Shown one piece after another: positions 22,858 through 36,515 of a stretch of 64,000 nt of DNA. Source of the stretch: Vitrella brassicaformis CCMP3155 (taxonomy: Eukaryota > Protista > Chromerida); contig CDMY01000227.1 of assembly GCA_001179505.1 (NCBI GenBank), positions 248,001 to 312,000 on the forward strand, written 5' to 3'. Position 1 is the stretch's first letter; each line of letters starts with the position of its first letter. Both the position numbers and the translations under genes were made by a program. Under the pieces are notes generated by a model. It did no database searches. It was not told the DNA's origin and saw only the letters and a list, made by a program, of their open reading frames with translations.

Positions 22858-25800
22858 ATGTGGGGGCTGGGTGGGGGCGATGACTGGACGGTGACGGTGA
22901 CGGCGGCGAGGAGCATGAAGAGCGGCAAGAAAGCCCAGAGAAAGGGCGAATCTCCTCCACCAGTACCATCCATCTGCCCTCAAGACTCTAAGGAGGCGCT
23001 CCTCCCCATCCTCAACACAGCTGCTGTGGACGCTCAAGTCTACTTCCAGCAACTGCCGGCCTTCCTTAACCAAATCGATGCGCATGCCATCTCGGAGGCG
23101 TGTGCGCTCTTCGACTCGGTGACGCCGTCAATCATTCCTCTTATCGCGTGCATCTTCTATGAGGTTGAGTGCTTGAAGCCGGCGGACGCACTGCCAGAGA
23201 ACGGCGACCAGACCAAAAGAGATGCCAGCAAGGGCGCTAAGAGCAGGAAGAGGAAGGCAGTTGAGCCGACCATCAAGGTGGCCGACGCGGCCGATGTGTC
23301 GGCATATCTATCCGAGCAAGAGAGGATATCTATCAGAACGTTTCTCGAGAGGGCGAGGGACTTCTTCTGCAGGGGGGTCTTCGATTACCTTGAAGATGCG
23401 TACGTGGAAGAGCAATGCGAGGCGTTCCGGGTATGCTTCACACGACGACCTTCGATGGACACGTGTTTCTTTGGTATTTGCATCATCAGGTGGCCAAGAC
23501 AGAGCCTCTGTTGCAGCTGCTCAAGGACATTGCGGCCGATGTCAAGGACAAGTCGGACCTGTCATCTGAGGACCTGCGACACAGGCGCGAGACACTGAAA
23601 AGAAAACAACTAAACAAGTACGTGGCTTCAGAATTGCCTTTTCTATGGAAGAAATATACACATGTGCTTCTGTATGATGTAGACTCTTCGTGTTGGAGCA
23701 ACTGCGGGCCTTTAGAGCAGGAGAGGGTGCCCTGCTGACGAATGCAAAGGATGTCGCAGACAGTCCAGAAGTGCGGAAACAGCTGGAGGTGGGAAGAAAT
23801 AGGTCTTCAATAGAAAGAGCATTGCTGCTTCCTCTTTTCTCAGCGTCTATACCGTCGTCTCATCGCCCATCCTGTCCAAGCGACGTCCCCTGCTGAGCCA
23901 GACAAGGCTGCAGCACTCACGTCGCAGCCCCCCATCTCGCCCACCACACCGATTAGTGCTGCATTCGCATCCCTAGGGTTCAGCCCAGACACAAGCCCGC
24001 TGGCCAAGCGAGGGACAGTGCAGAGACGACAGAGCCGCGTCACCTTCGGCAAGTACTCTGATACATCGGCATCGGGGTCGGCCCAGGGCAGCTGCGGCTG
24101 GGACACTTATGAATGGTCCGGCGCTTCCCCTCAGCCAATCATGTCTGGATGGAGTGGGGCGTACGACTCAGCAGACAGGATCCTCACCCTGGAAGACAGG
24201 AATGAATTCGAGGCGAAGAAGAAATCAGGCCGGTAAGTACCATGCACCTATAGCATATACAGGCTTTTGTAGGTATTTGCCCGTTTCTGTTTGGTCAGGC
24301 TATGGACAGATCAGCCTGAGACACAACCTGGGGCACAAGAGAGCCCCTCTGCCAGCTCCGTCTTTTCCCGTGCACCCACGAGCATCTCCCTGCTTTCCTA
24401 CACAGCACCGATCCCCATGACAGGGGGCAAAGAACACGATGACGATAGCAGCCCCAAAAGCGTTCTCAAAGTGCCCCGCGCGGCAGCAGAGGGCGCATAT
24501 GCCGCTGTGTCTTCAATGCGGGACATGAGTGAGCGCTTTGCGGCCTGGTTGGCGGGCAAGCAGAAGCTGTGTAAGTGAGAACACACACTACAGCACACAT
24601 AAGCACAGTGGCACTTCTTCCATCCGTCAGGTGTTGAGGTGCCGAGGCACGCCGGGCAGGAGAAAGAGAGGGACACCGTGGTGATCGTGGGGGACAAAAC
24701 GGACCTGCTGAACCAGTGCCCATATTTGGAAGAGATCTTGTTGGAGCAGAGACAGAGGCACGAGGAGCTGCGGGAAGCCGTCCATGAGGGGTGGGTAACA
24801 GTGGGCAGAATGCTCATCAACTATTCGGTATCATCTAAACACGTGTACTCCATCTCCCTTCCTTTTCGCTGAAGGGCTGTTCGTCGTCACCACGAGATGA
24901 CGGCAGGTTTTCTGGATGAAGGAGAGGCCCCGCAGCGGGCCAAAGAGGGAGGCATTGAGAAGCTCAAGAAGCTGAATGCTGCCGACGCGGGTAAGACACG
25001 AAAGGGGAGAGTTTGTTGCTCGAGTTGCATTTTCGTCTTTCCCTTATCGTGCAGACTTCTCCACTCTTGTCGACTACATACTCAAATACCTCCTGACAAA
25101 CTATGGATCCATCAAGAAAGGCTTTGAGGTGCAATAGTCTCCATCACAGGAGCCTTCTGGATACCTTCCGTCTTCGTGTTGTCTCAGAGTCTCGACGTTA
25201 ACGAAGATGGCACGCTGGACATGGTCGATTTCGAAGAGACGATGCGACAGTGGGGCATCAACAAGAATGCAGCCCAACAAATTTTCCTTGCGGTAGACAA
25301 ATTGATTCGTGTGCGCCGCTTGGCGATCCAACATGTCTCGTCGTTCTGCGTTGTAGGTAGACGTGCGTCAAGACGGGGAGATCGACCTTGCAACGCTGCA
25401 GAGGTTCTTTCGTTGGCAGCTCACCGAGGAAAGCGACGCACCTGTCATGTCTCTGGTCGATCAGTTCGGAAGTAAGTCATGCGACGGCTGCCTGCCCATC
25501 GCACGTGTATCGCGTGTCTGCCTGTCCTTCAGAGAGTGATGCGTCGCTGCTGATGGAGATTCGTGAGAAGCTCCTGCTGCGCTATGGTAAGGTGGAAGGT
25601 GGCGAGCCTCAACTGGTGTCCAAAACTCTTGTTCTATGGTAGGGTCTGTTGCGCGCGCCTTTAGCATGATCGATGTCAATAAGGACCAGGGGCTATCGCA
25701 AGAAGAGTTTATCAAGGCTGCAGGACGCATACGCATCTGCAGAGAGGGTCAGGGGGAGCAACGAATGCCTGGTATGACGTTTAAATGGTTGTCCGTGAAT

Positions 25801-28800
25801 GCAGACGGGATGCGGCTGTTTCAGCTGATGGACCTCGACAGGAGCGGCACGGTCGACATGAGCGAGTTCCAGACCGCACTCAAAGACCACCAGCTTGACA
25901 TCACCGGGTTCACCTCGTTCGAAGACTCGGCACTTCTCTCAGCCTTCAGACTGAAGTTGCTCAAGGTGTACGGCTCCCTCCCGGCAGCTGAGGACGCCTT
26001 CCTTGAAGCACTGACACCTTCGCCCTCGATGAGGCGGAGGCGATCAAAGCTCATGGGGCCCTCACTCATGATGGGAGCGACGGTCACTGCTGCTGGTGGA
26101 GACGGGCAAGGGCCGGGTGGCATCGACGGCGAGAATCGTGAGATCAAGTACGGCAGCACACTGTCACTGATGGACTGGCTGGACCTCGTGCAGGAGCTGG
26201 CTCTGCGTAAGAGAGGGAAGGGGGGGCAAGAAAGGGCAAGTGCATATGTTGGTTCACCGCAGCCATGAGTGAGGAGGAGGCAACTGCCGTCCATTCTGTG
26301 CTCGACAAGACAGAGTCGGGGAGCATCGCACTGTCGTAAGTGATACTTGTGGGAACGCTGAAGGCGATCCACCCTCCTCATCCATGTCTCCGTGTATGTC
26401 AGCGCTCTTTTCGCCGCTGTACGTGGCGGAGTCCTGCGTGAAGGCGAACAAAAAAGCGTCGTCCCCTCATTCCTGACGTAAGCAGCTCAGTCAGAAAGCC
26501 TGAAAATCCGCTAATCGATTCCTGAAACGCATGTACTTATGCAGGGATCATCACTTCAATCAGTTCTTGGATACGTTTAAGGTACGTCAATGGACGCCAG
26601 CGGGGCAAGAAAGACCTCACCACCTGAAAGCAGGCACCCGAGAGCGAATTCATTGCACACAAGCTGCGAGAAATGCAGACCGTCCTGCCCTCCTTCTGCA
26701 AGGTGACTTGTCTTGCCCGCCTTCGACCCTCACACATGACCCATCCTTCATCTGTGGCTCTGTTTGCATAAGGATGTCCGCACCGAGGCAATGCGCGAAG
26801 TCGAGGAAGAGCTGCAGCGGCAGAGAAGCGAACTTGATAACCTTGAGGTGAGAGATAACCTTGATGAGTACTCACGCCACTCTCCGTCTGTGGAATCGAT
26901 CAGTCAGGCGGAGGCAATGGTTGAGGCCACAGCATTCGTGTCGGACCACTTCGACCGCCTCATCGAGAGCATCAACAGGCAGCGAGACAAGACACTCAAA
27001 GCCCTCACTGTGCACCTGCAGACACTCACACACATGCACAAGACCAGGCTGGAAGACGCACAAAAGCGTGTCAAAGAGGCAAGTAGAGACACGACGGCAG
27101 ATGCCAGCGGGCATATACCGTGTTGTTGTCCGCGAGTCCGTGCAGACGTGGAGCGCTAAGCTGCAAGAGTGGGAGGATGCAGTGACCCACCTGACCGACA
27201 AGGCAGCAATGGAGGAAGAGGCGAAAGTAGGAATTGACTTGCAGTGCAGGTACACATGACTCGCCGGTCGTCATGGGCTGTGTCTCTCCCATGCAGGCCC
27301 ACGACCACTTCCCGTCTGGATGGGATTGCGTGCAGTTGCTCAAGCTCAGCTGCTGGCTGCGGTGTGATGTCAAAAACCGCCTCATATACCACATCGCCAA
27401 CACATTCGCCGACGTCGCCTTCCACGCGAAGTGGCAGGAGACCGAGACGGAGCAGTACGTGACACCTGACGTGCTGAGGGAGATCATCTCGCGGGTGCCC
27501 ATCAACACACTCTCGTAAGTGATCACTTGAGCTGTGTGCATCCATGGAGCGTCCCTGTCTGTCTGCAGTTCGTTATTGGAAGAGTGGAGAGTCAGAGAGA
27601 AGGAGATGGCACGCCTGAGCGTCTCAGAGGTCAGGAAGGAATCGGGGCTGACCTTTGCTCTGTCGGAAGAGGAGAAAGCCAAGCGCGCGCCGCAGTGGTC
27701 CCTCAAGCCACTGATAGACAACGAGATCCGTGACCGTCGACTGATGGCCGAAAACTTGTACAAGTCATGGTCGTTGCCGGTGCTCAAGGCGGCCAGATTG
27801 AGGGGCCAGGAGGAGTTCCCAGACCTCCTTGAACGCGAAATACACCACAAGACACGGCGAGGACAGGTGGGAACACAGCTGGACACACATGCCTTCTATG
27901 TGGCCTCCCCTCTCTGTCCCAGATCCGGCTCTACAGCGAGCCACGCGACGCAGTGGACATAGACGGCTACGTAGCTACGCTTGCGTGCGATAAGTAAGTG
28001 ACGCATGCAGGACCATTCTCCCCACGACACTGGATATGGATTGAAATCGGTGCAGACGCTATGCCACTGTGCATGCGACGGTCGAGTGCACTGCCCAAGA
28101 GTTGCAGAAGGCAGATCGCGCCTTCAAGCCAGCGGAGGAGCACCAAACGGATGATGCACAGAAGCCCGGCCCCATGCGGCGAGCGGTAACCGTGCGTCTT
28201 GTGGATGAGGGGGCACCCGAGCCTTTCCGAGCAACAGCCGGGCCAAAGAAGACAGGACGGGCTAGGCTGCAGACAAGGAGGACGGCCGAGCTGATTCTCT
28301 CGATCCCTCCGGTGCCCTCTCAGCCCCCTCCACGCACATTCCGATCTTACTTCGAGGTGGAGATCCTCTCACTCCCAAACCTATACGGCGCTTGGGGACA
28401 GGTCTGCATCGGCCTGGACGCACCTCGGGTCACTCAAAATGACGTCAATCTCGCTCTGCCGGGGCAGGAGGGCCTCCCCTTCCCCCAAAAGGACAGACCT
28501 GCACAGGCAGCGACAACACAGAAGGACGGCTATGTCAGCCCAGAGGCAGTGTCGGACGAGACGATGCTGCACATGACCACACTTGCACAAGGGGAGGAGG
28601 CGGGGACATGTCAGCAGGAGGGAGAGCAAGCGCCCCGCTCTCCGTCATTTCCGTTCAAGCCGGATCTGTCTGAGGCGAAGAGTGTGGGCAGCAGGGGCGG
28701 CGTGGTACTGCAGACCAATGGGGTGCTGCATGCATTCGGAGAGGGCATAGACACGGGGCACAAGCTATCGACGGGAGACACTCTCGGCATCTATGTCGAC

Positions 28801-29915
28801 CAGCGAGGGAGGGGGAGGTCGAGGAGACACCGGCCGTATGTGCTCTTCACCGTCAACGGGATCGTGTTGGAGGGGCAGGAGTTGGTCGAGAGGAGGAGAT
28901 TCCAGCAGCAGCAAGAGGATGATCAAGCTGCAGAGGAGACAGGTATGTGGGTGCGCGCAGAGAGAAATTTCGAGGTGCGGGGTGATGTGTCGCGCATGTC
29001 TCCATGCAGATGGTGACGATGAATACCCTGCGGACGACCTCCGTGCGTCTTTCCAGCGCGAGTCGTCAGCTTCTCGCCCATCGCCGCCCGGCATCCCCAT
29101 CCCCAACCCGCAGCAGTACGTCCTCATCCCCTGCGCGTGTCTCTATCAGATCTTGCCGCCCTACCACGCCATCGACGAGACCAAGCTGAGCATCAAGGAG
29201 GTATGCAAGAATGACATTCAACGCATGCGCATATGGACGGATATACATTTGTCGTGTCGTGGTGTGCAATCTTCTCAGCGTTCGTCTCTGAAGGAGCTGC
29301 TGTCCCCCTGTGCTGTCCGATTCAATCTCAGCGGCCCTTTCAAGTACCGGCCGGGCAACAGTGTGGCGGGGTATGGCTGGGAGCCATTTGACCTCAATCG
29401 AGATGACATGGGGGATGAGGGCAGTAGCATTGGCACGTTGGACTTTGGCACCTAAGTTGTTGGACCAATGACTGCCGGAGAAAAGCGCCGTGACGAACAC
29501 GTTGTGGCCACTTGTCATGTGTATTGAGTGCTCTCATGTCCCTCTCTCTATATATAGGCGTCCATCCGTCCACGCATGAATGGCCTTGTCGCGTTGAGTG
29601 AGATTGTGCGTCGCTACATGTCTGTGTCGGTGTCAACTTTCTGACGATGCTCTTCTGTATGGGGCTTTTCCGCCCGGTGCGGCAGAACGGCCCCACGTGG
29701 CAGCGGAAACCGGCACCAACACGGCGCCCCTCAAGGAAGAAATATATATAGGTCTACACAGAGAAAGTGCACGAGCCGCTAAGGTATACATTGACACGGC
29801 CGAGGAAAAAGGCCGCATCTTTTCTGTCATTCGCCCACCATCCGCCCCCGACAGGTACACACACGCAGAAGGCCTAGTGTGTAGGGCACCGAACGGACAA
29901 ACTCTCGTCTCGTAG
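22858..29915 (+). CDS. Large hypothetical protein with about 4 EF-hand loops, a coiled-coil, a possible BACK-like helical segment and an insertion-split SPRY-like domain; may be more than one gene
   Basis: EF loops DVNEDGTLDMVDF, DVRQDGEIDLATL, DVNKDQGLSQEEF, DLDRSGTVDMSEF. SPRY-like strands RSYFEVEIL, QVCIGLD, GDTLGIYVD, VLFTVNG, AVRFNLSGPFKY. Start and end are uncertain (the end could be 29455). Confidence 0.6.
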
Positions 29916-29979
29916 ACAGACCACAGGAACCTTTCACACATCCTTCCGCCCGCCCCAAAGCAACAAGGAAACTGACACG

Positions 29980-32900
29980 TCACTGGTTGTCGAAGTTCAT
30001 TCTCCTGGTGTGTCCGAGCCACACACACACACAAAAACACAAATGCGAGTTGGGTGATGGATGAGTGCGTGTGTTGAGGACTGCTCACTTTGGTCCGCCC
30101 TCGAACCGGCTCATCTCTTCATCAGCCACGTAACACTGCAGGATGGTGTCGGCAGCAAGGCCCCAGCAGTGCAACAGCAACGTACTCACCAGCCAGCTCA
30201 GGATGACCACCTGAATGATCGATCAACCACACACACCATCAACACACATGCACGGCCGTGTTGGTGCGCTCGCTGACCACGATGAGTGGCGCCTCCGTAG
30301 ACGAGAGGTTTTCCCTGTAGTATGGGATGTGTTGCAGCGCCAGCAGTGCGAGGAAGCTGTTGGCGAGCACGATGGCCACCTGACCGATGATCTCAAACAC
30401 GATACCCAGCTCGCCCACCAGGGCAAACTTTAAGGGGTTCCTGACGATAAACATATATACACCTATTGGCCCGGCATCTCTCTGTGTGAGCTGTCTTGTG
30501 TTGTGTTGTGTTGTGTTGACGTACCTCAGCATGAGTGTGAATGCGGTCCATGCGGATGGTATGAGGCCCTGGCCAGTCAATCCCACCTGGATGTAGGCGA
30601 GCTTGCTCATGTACTTGATGCCCTCGTACACCCAACTCAGGCCGTTGCCTATCCTCAGGAAGAACCTGACAGCGCACAGCACAAAGGGGTTGCTGGCATT
30701 GACACACCGACAGATGGTCTGCCTGCGCACCGCTGAAAGGCATTGTGTCTGTCCTGGATGTCTGTATGCCGATACCACCGAACCAGAAACCGCAACACCT
30801 GCACACACGCATCGGCAATCGACACAGTGCTCGAATCCAGGGACCATGGCGTCCACAGGCTCCCTCACCCGCAATGGCGCGAGGATGAGTCCGCCGAGGG
30901 CAGCGGTGCCGAGGTGTGATTTGAGTGTGGTGAAGAGGCCGTCCAGCGTGGCGCCCTTGACGTATCGCCGCCCGCCGGTGGTCAGCGGGGCGAAGTACCA
31001 GCTGCCAACAATGTGTGCGACGGCGATCTGCGAGATGCCTGTGATGAACCCCCCTGTCCATGCGAACATCAGAATCTCAAACACCAGAGCCCACTGACGA
31101 CACACAGACCATACACATCACATGGATGCAGCGGTGGTGTCAGTGCCTCCGTGTGAGATTTCATGCCTACCGGTATGTCGGCTGTCCAGTGCAGTCTGTG
31201 GTAGGGGTCTTTCCTGCCTTCCGCAGAGCCGTTCCACCCCAACTTGGGAATGTCACCTGATCATTGACCACATCAGACAGACACGTGATAGATAGGTCGA
31301 GTGCAGGTCTGTCAGGGCGGGCGGGAGAATGAATGCACCTACCGGTGGATATCTGATACACGAGCGTTGAGGCCATGAAGACAAAGAAAGCGAACGCCAC
31401 AGAGAAGGTCGCCAGCGAAATGCCCAGCACCGACGGACAGTCCTGAACAATAAGGCACAGAACAGACAGAGGGTATCTTGCTTCCGATGTATCTATCTGC
31501 CGTGTGTGTGGCTCGGCTCACATCGAGGAAGTTCGACGCAGCAGAGAGGATCCGCGCGGCCAGCACCAATCGCCTGAAACAACCACACGCACACATGCAC
31601 ACGAGACGAGAGACGGACAAGGTTCTTTTTTTTCTCGGCTCTGACCTCCTGATGCAGCAGATGATGATAGGCAGTATCCCGGCGCCGCACCAGAGCAGTA
31701 TGGCGAGTATCATGTCCCCCTGCTGCTTAGCCGCGTGGTAGCCTGGCGTGGCCGCGGGAGTGATGGCCTGGTGGTATTCATACCATCCAAAACCGAGGAG
31801 CAGGATCTCGATGAGGAAGAAGGACGCCCACACCATGGCACTCGCCAGCTTCTGCACCAGGAACAGATAGACGTAACCCAACGCCAGCGCGCCGAAGGGG
31901 GACGCCAGCAACAGCTGCACGCACGAAGAAGACGACAGACGCCGCGAGAAGAATCAACACATGCAGCGTGTGTGGTTTCCCGTGTTATGCATCGATCGTA
32001 CCACCCATGCCTTGCAAATGTCCCCAAACCAGATGAGCCACGCCGACATCAGCTCGTGAGAGAACTCCGTGTCAGTGTCGCCGCCCCCCTTCCCCTCAGC
32101 GCGCGAGTCGTAAAAGCAGTACCGCCCAATGAACTCCACCGTACCCATCTGGCCGTACCACGTGCAGAGCTCTTTGCTCTCCGCATCAGGTGGGCACTGG
32201 CCCTCCTCCCTCTTGAGTGAGAAGTTGTGTGGACAGCTCTTGGTGCAGACGGGAAGCACCTGGCTCGCGCCGAGTTCCTTTGACGAGGGGAGACGGATGG
32301 GGTTCTTGGCGGGCCAGTAGACGAGAGGGAAGTCCTTGACGTCGGCATCGGAGCCGCATATCCTGCCGTTGTAGTCAATGCCGCGGGTGAGGCGGAAGGG
32401 GTTGCCCTTGGTGAAGGCGTGGGAAGCCACAGCGATGAGCCCGCCCCACGCAAGGACGAAGAGGATCAGCACAACGATGTCCGTGCACCCTGATCTGCAC
32501 ACACACAGCGCCACACGTTTCATGGGGGATCCATCCATCCATCCCCGGGCCCATCAGTGTACCTACCTGTAGAGCGGTCCTTCAGCGATGTCCATCCTGC
32601 CGCCCTTGGTGAATGGCTCCCCCAGGTGTGCCTGCCCCTCCAGCTCCACATACCGCTCCCTGTCGCCCTCTAGGGCGCCGATCGATAGCCGCATGTCCCT
32701 CACACTCCGCCCTCCAGGGCCGTCACCTCGACCAGCCGCCAGCAGCTGCACACGACTCGAGTCGCCCGCTCCTGCTGCTGCACTGCCGCTGCCGGCGTTC
32801 CAGCCATATGGTCTGTCTTGTGGAGGCCCTGGTTCGCGCGTGTAGCGGAGAGGGGCACCTGCAGTTTCGTCAGCCAGGGGGGATGACATGAGCTGTGTGG

Positions 32901-33277
32901 CCGTGTTGTGTGTGTGGTTTGTGCTGGAGTAACTGCGATGGTGCTTCCGTATGTCTGTGTGCTGTCTTGGAAAGGGTTGCTGCTGCTGTCTTGCCCGTTG
33001 GCTTCGCCGCCCATCGGCCGGTAGGGCACCTGAACACACGAAGACGACTGAATGCACGATGGTGCGACAGATCTCTGCACCTTCTAGCTCACCTGCGACT
33101 CGCCATTCTCATCAGCCCTACAACACAAATGCAGCACAGGCACAGGTCATGGGTGCATCGTGCTCGTCCGCGTTGGTGCTCCTCTCTCAGTCAGTGAGTC
33201 AATATCACCCACCTGTCGCCGAATGGGTTGGTCGTTTCATCGTATGTCCGCTCCAGGTCTTTTGGGAACAACGACAT
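29980..33277 (-). CDS. Choline transporter-like protein (CTL/SLC44 family); multi-exon
   Basis: RSGCTDIVVLILF; LTRGIDYNGRICG; GSWYF; HLGTAALGGLIL; KYMSKLAYIQVGLTGQGLIPSAWTAFTLMLRN; AADTILQCYVADEE. The spliced N-terminus MSLFPKDLERTYDETTNPFG starts at 33277. Confidence 0.92.
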
Positions 33278-33431
33278 GGTTTGATCGCCCTAGATCTTTT
33301 CTGCCTGATTGTTTCCTTCGCAACAAGGAAGCTCGCAAGCCCTAGGGTGCTCCCTGAAAGCCCTAAACCACAGCGTTTGACTCCCCGAAACTCCTTTCGG
33401 CGCACCATACGCTTTGGCAGCAGACTCGTCA

Positions 33432-36112
33432 ATGAACGCCTTTCAGGATCTGATGCGAATTCAAACTTTCCGCAGCTGCCGCAATGCCGCAAGGGCGTGT
33501 CAGCGGCTCAACATGTCAACACAGGCGGCAGGTGACTCATCCCGGGCGTCCCCTGCCATCACCAGCGGCACAGGCGACATCTCATCCACTGCATTCTGGG
33601 GCCGCACAAGCATCACAGCCCAGGTAGGTGCGGTGCGCTGACACACACAACCACACAACCACAACCACATCTCTCTTTACGCGCATGAGTGCAGGTAGGG
33701 GTGTCTGTGTGTGTGTGTGTGTGGTGCAGTTGTGGGCTGAGAGGCGGAAGGCGCTGGTGGACATACCAGATCCAACATGTGCTTCGACGCCCGGGGCGAT
33801 AAAGCACCGGTTGAAGGACGACAAGACGGCGGCCGAGTCGAGAGTGGTGCTCAGCCTGCCCCTCAAGTCAGGTGAGCAATGTGTCAGTGGAGTGGGAGCT
33901 TCCCCTGCAGTGCAGCGACGTGTTTGCGTGTGGTTTGTGTTTGGCTTGTGTGAGTGCAGATCCTCTCCTGCGGCAGCAATATGAGGTGAAAGCAGCACAA
34001 CACACCACTGCACAGACGACCTTGTTTGTGTGTACGTCTGCGCACTCGTTGTTTATCTTTGTGCACACAGAACTTTCGGTGACTTGACAGCCTCCCTCCC
34101 TCCCTCCCCCACACACGTACAAGAGAGGATGATGGGGAACTGTGCCCCTCCACCTGGCCTGCCTGCCTACGTGTGCGTGATTGCTCAGGGGAGGTGTCCG
34201 GTTTGGAAGGATCCTGGAGGACATGGTGAGTAACGCCCGACCAGTGTCGCTTCTGCTCTGTTCATGTCAATGCCTGTTTGTCCTTCTGCGGTTGGTTGTG
34301 TGTGCTGTTGTGTAGGATGCCGTGAGCGGCAATGTGGTGTTCCACCACACCCTCCCCCGCCACCTCTCGCTCGTCACAGCAGCCGTCGACAGGCTGGACC
34401 TGCAGGAACAAATTCCACTCGGTCGGTGATGGATTGAGCAGCGTGCCAGCTGTCGACGCGTGTGTGCGCTTCGCTTCGTTGGCCGTGTCGTGAACGTAAT
34501 GTGTAGATGAGGACCTTGAGTTTCGCGGCCGGCTGACCTGGTGTGGGCGGTCCTCAATGGAGTGTCAGGTGGCCCTGGTGTCTGTGGGTGCGTCGTCTTG
34601 CCTGTCATCCTACCTCTGCAAAGCCACTTTCGTCTTTGTGGCACTTGACCCGCAAACCGGCCGAAGCACCAAGGCACGCACCTACACAGAGACAAGCCAG
34701 CAGCTAGCTGCAGGGCTGACTCTCTGTGCGAGTGTGTGTGTGTGTGTGTGCGTGTTGATTCAGGTGCCCACGTTGATAGCTGACGATCCTGACGACGAGC
34801 GGCTCTTCAGCGAGGGGGAGCAGAACAAGAAGAGACGGAAACATCAGCAGGAGGTTAGTACGACCCGCAAAGATCTTTACACACACACATCACCTCTCTC
34901 CATGCGTGGATGCGTCCTTTGCCAGCATGCATTGGAGCATCGGCCGCCATCAGAGGCTGAAATCCACCTCATACACGAGTTCTTCAGGTCGGCCAGAAAC
35001 ATGTACCAAACACTATCCCCTCTTGATTTATCTCGTGCGCACGTGTGGCGCGTCAGGCATCGGGCGCAGTTGTTCCAATCCGTGCAGCCCATCCAGAGAG
35101 GCTGTGACGCCACCACGTCGTCTGCCTTTATCGAGGAGTCGTGTCTGCCCTCACCCCCACAAACAGGTGAGCCAGCTTACATCCACGAATTTATCACATT
35201 GAATGACCCATCTCAATGTGTGTGTGTGTGTGCAGGTGGGGCGAGTGCTTTGGCGGGGGGTGTTGATCGCGGTGATCCCTTCGTGAGCCTCAAGAGCACC
35301 CAGATGCAGTCGGTCGTCGTCTGCCATCCACAAGAGAGAAACACCAGGGTATCACACACACAGACAGCACACCACTGTCACACGGCGATGCTCCCTTGAC
35401 ATTCCATCCATCGTCCCTTAGGGCAAGATCTTCGGCGGCTACCTGATGCGACAAGCCTACGAGTTGGCCTTCTCGACGGCCAGCATGTTCTTCGGCCCCC
35501 TGGCCACGGTTCACCTGTACGCCGCGGACGAGATCGTCTTCCACCACCCAGTGGAGATCGGCAGCGTCCTCACCTTCACCGCCAAAGTGGTCTACACGCC
35601 AATCGACAGTGGCGACAGTGGCAGTAGAGGCGGATCATCGCGGGTGCAGCCGCCCTCCCTCGCTGACCATGCATGCCAGGTGCCTCACTACACACTCACA
35701 CACACACACAGCGAGAGAGGGAGAGGGAGAGGGAGAGGGAGAGAGAGGGAGAGGAGCTCTATGCAAAGTCATGTGCGTGTGTGTGCAGATGAAGGTGGCA
35801 TGTTTGGTGACCCATTTCGGTCAGAACAAGCAGTACCTGTCCAACACGTTCCACTTCACATTCACTTCCTCCCTCAACGGCCAGGGTCAGGGGGCTGCCG
35901 GCACTGGCAACGGTTGCCAGGGGGTGCACGTCCGGCCTGAGAGCTACGAAGAAGGTACAAAGGAACGAACAGCAAGACATATGTCACACATCGGTCATGT
36001 GCTTGTGTGGTTGTGTGGGTGTGGTTCAGCGATGGAGTGGGTCGACGGGCGGCGCCGCTTTCTGCGCAGCAAGGCCCTCAGCGAGGGCATGCCCACAGAG
36101 GAACTTACGTGA
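33432..36112 (+). CDS. Acyl-CoA thioesterase, double hot-dog ACOT9/10-like, with a mitochondrial-type N-terminus; multi-exon
   Basis: RVRFGRILEDM; LVTAAVDRL; GRLTWCGRSSME; ATFVFVALDP; CHPQERNTRGKIFGGYLMRQAYELAF; DEIVFHHPVEIGSVL; SNTFHFTF; VRPESYEEAMEWVDGRRR. Confidence 0.9.
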
Positions 36113-36515
36113 CGGTGTCATTATAGTGTGGATGTTCCGTAGACTTTTTCGATGTCCTTCATGATCATGCTCTGACAGGACAGTCGTCAGCGTCTCTTTT
36201 GTACCACACTTGACTGCAATGCATTCTATGGCATGCTATTGCTGGTAGGGAGCAATGACAGCTCTCATAGCGTGACGTGTGTGCATCTCAATGGCTAGGC
36301 GTCTCTCTCTGCAACTCTCCGAGCAAAGGAGCACTTTTTGCTCGGAGCGCTTCTGCTCCCCCAGCTGAAGGCAAAGACTAAATCGCTCACGAAACCCAGC
36401 AAATCGTCACGCACAAATCGTCACCACATGCACCACCCTGTCACCGGCCGAAGCACCCCGCCACACGCCTATCAACTCCCCAGGCCAGGGAGGGATCCTA
36501 TCGTCCGATGCATCG

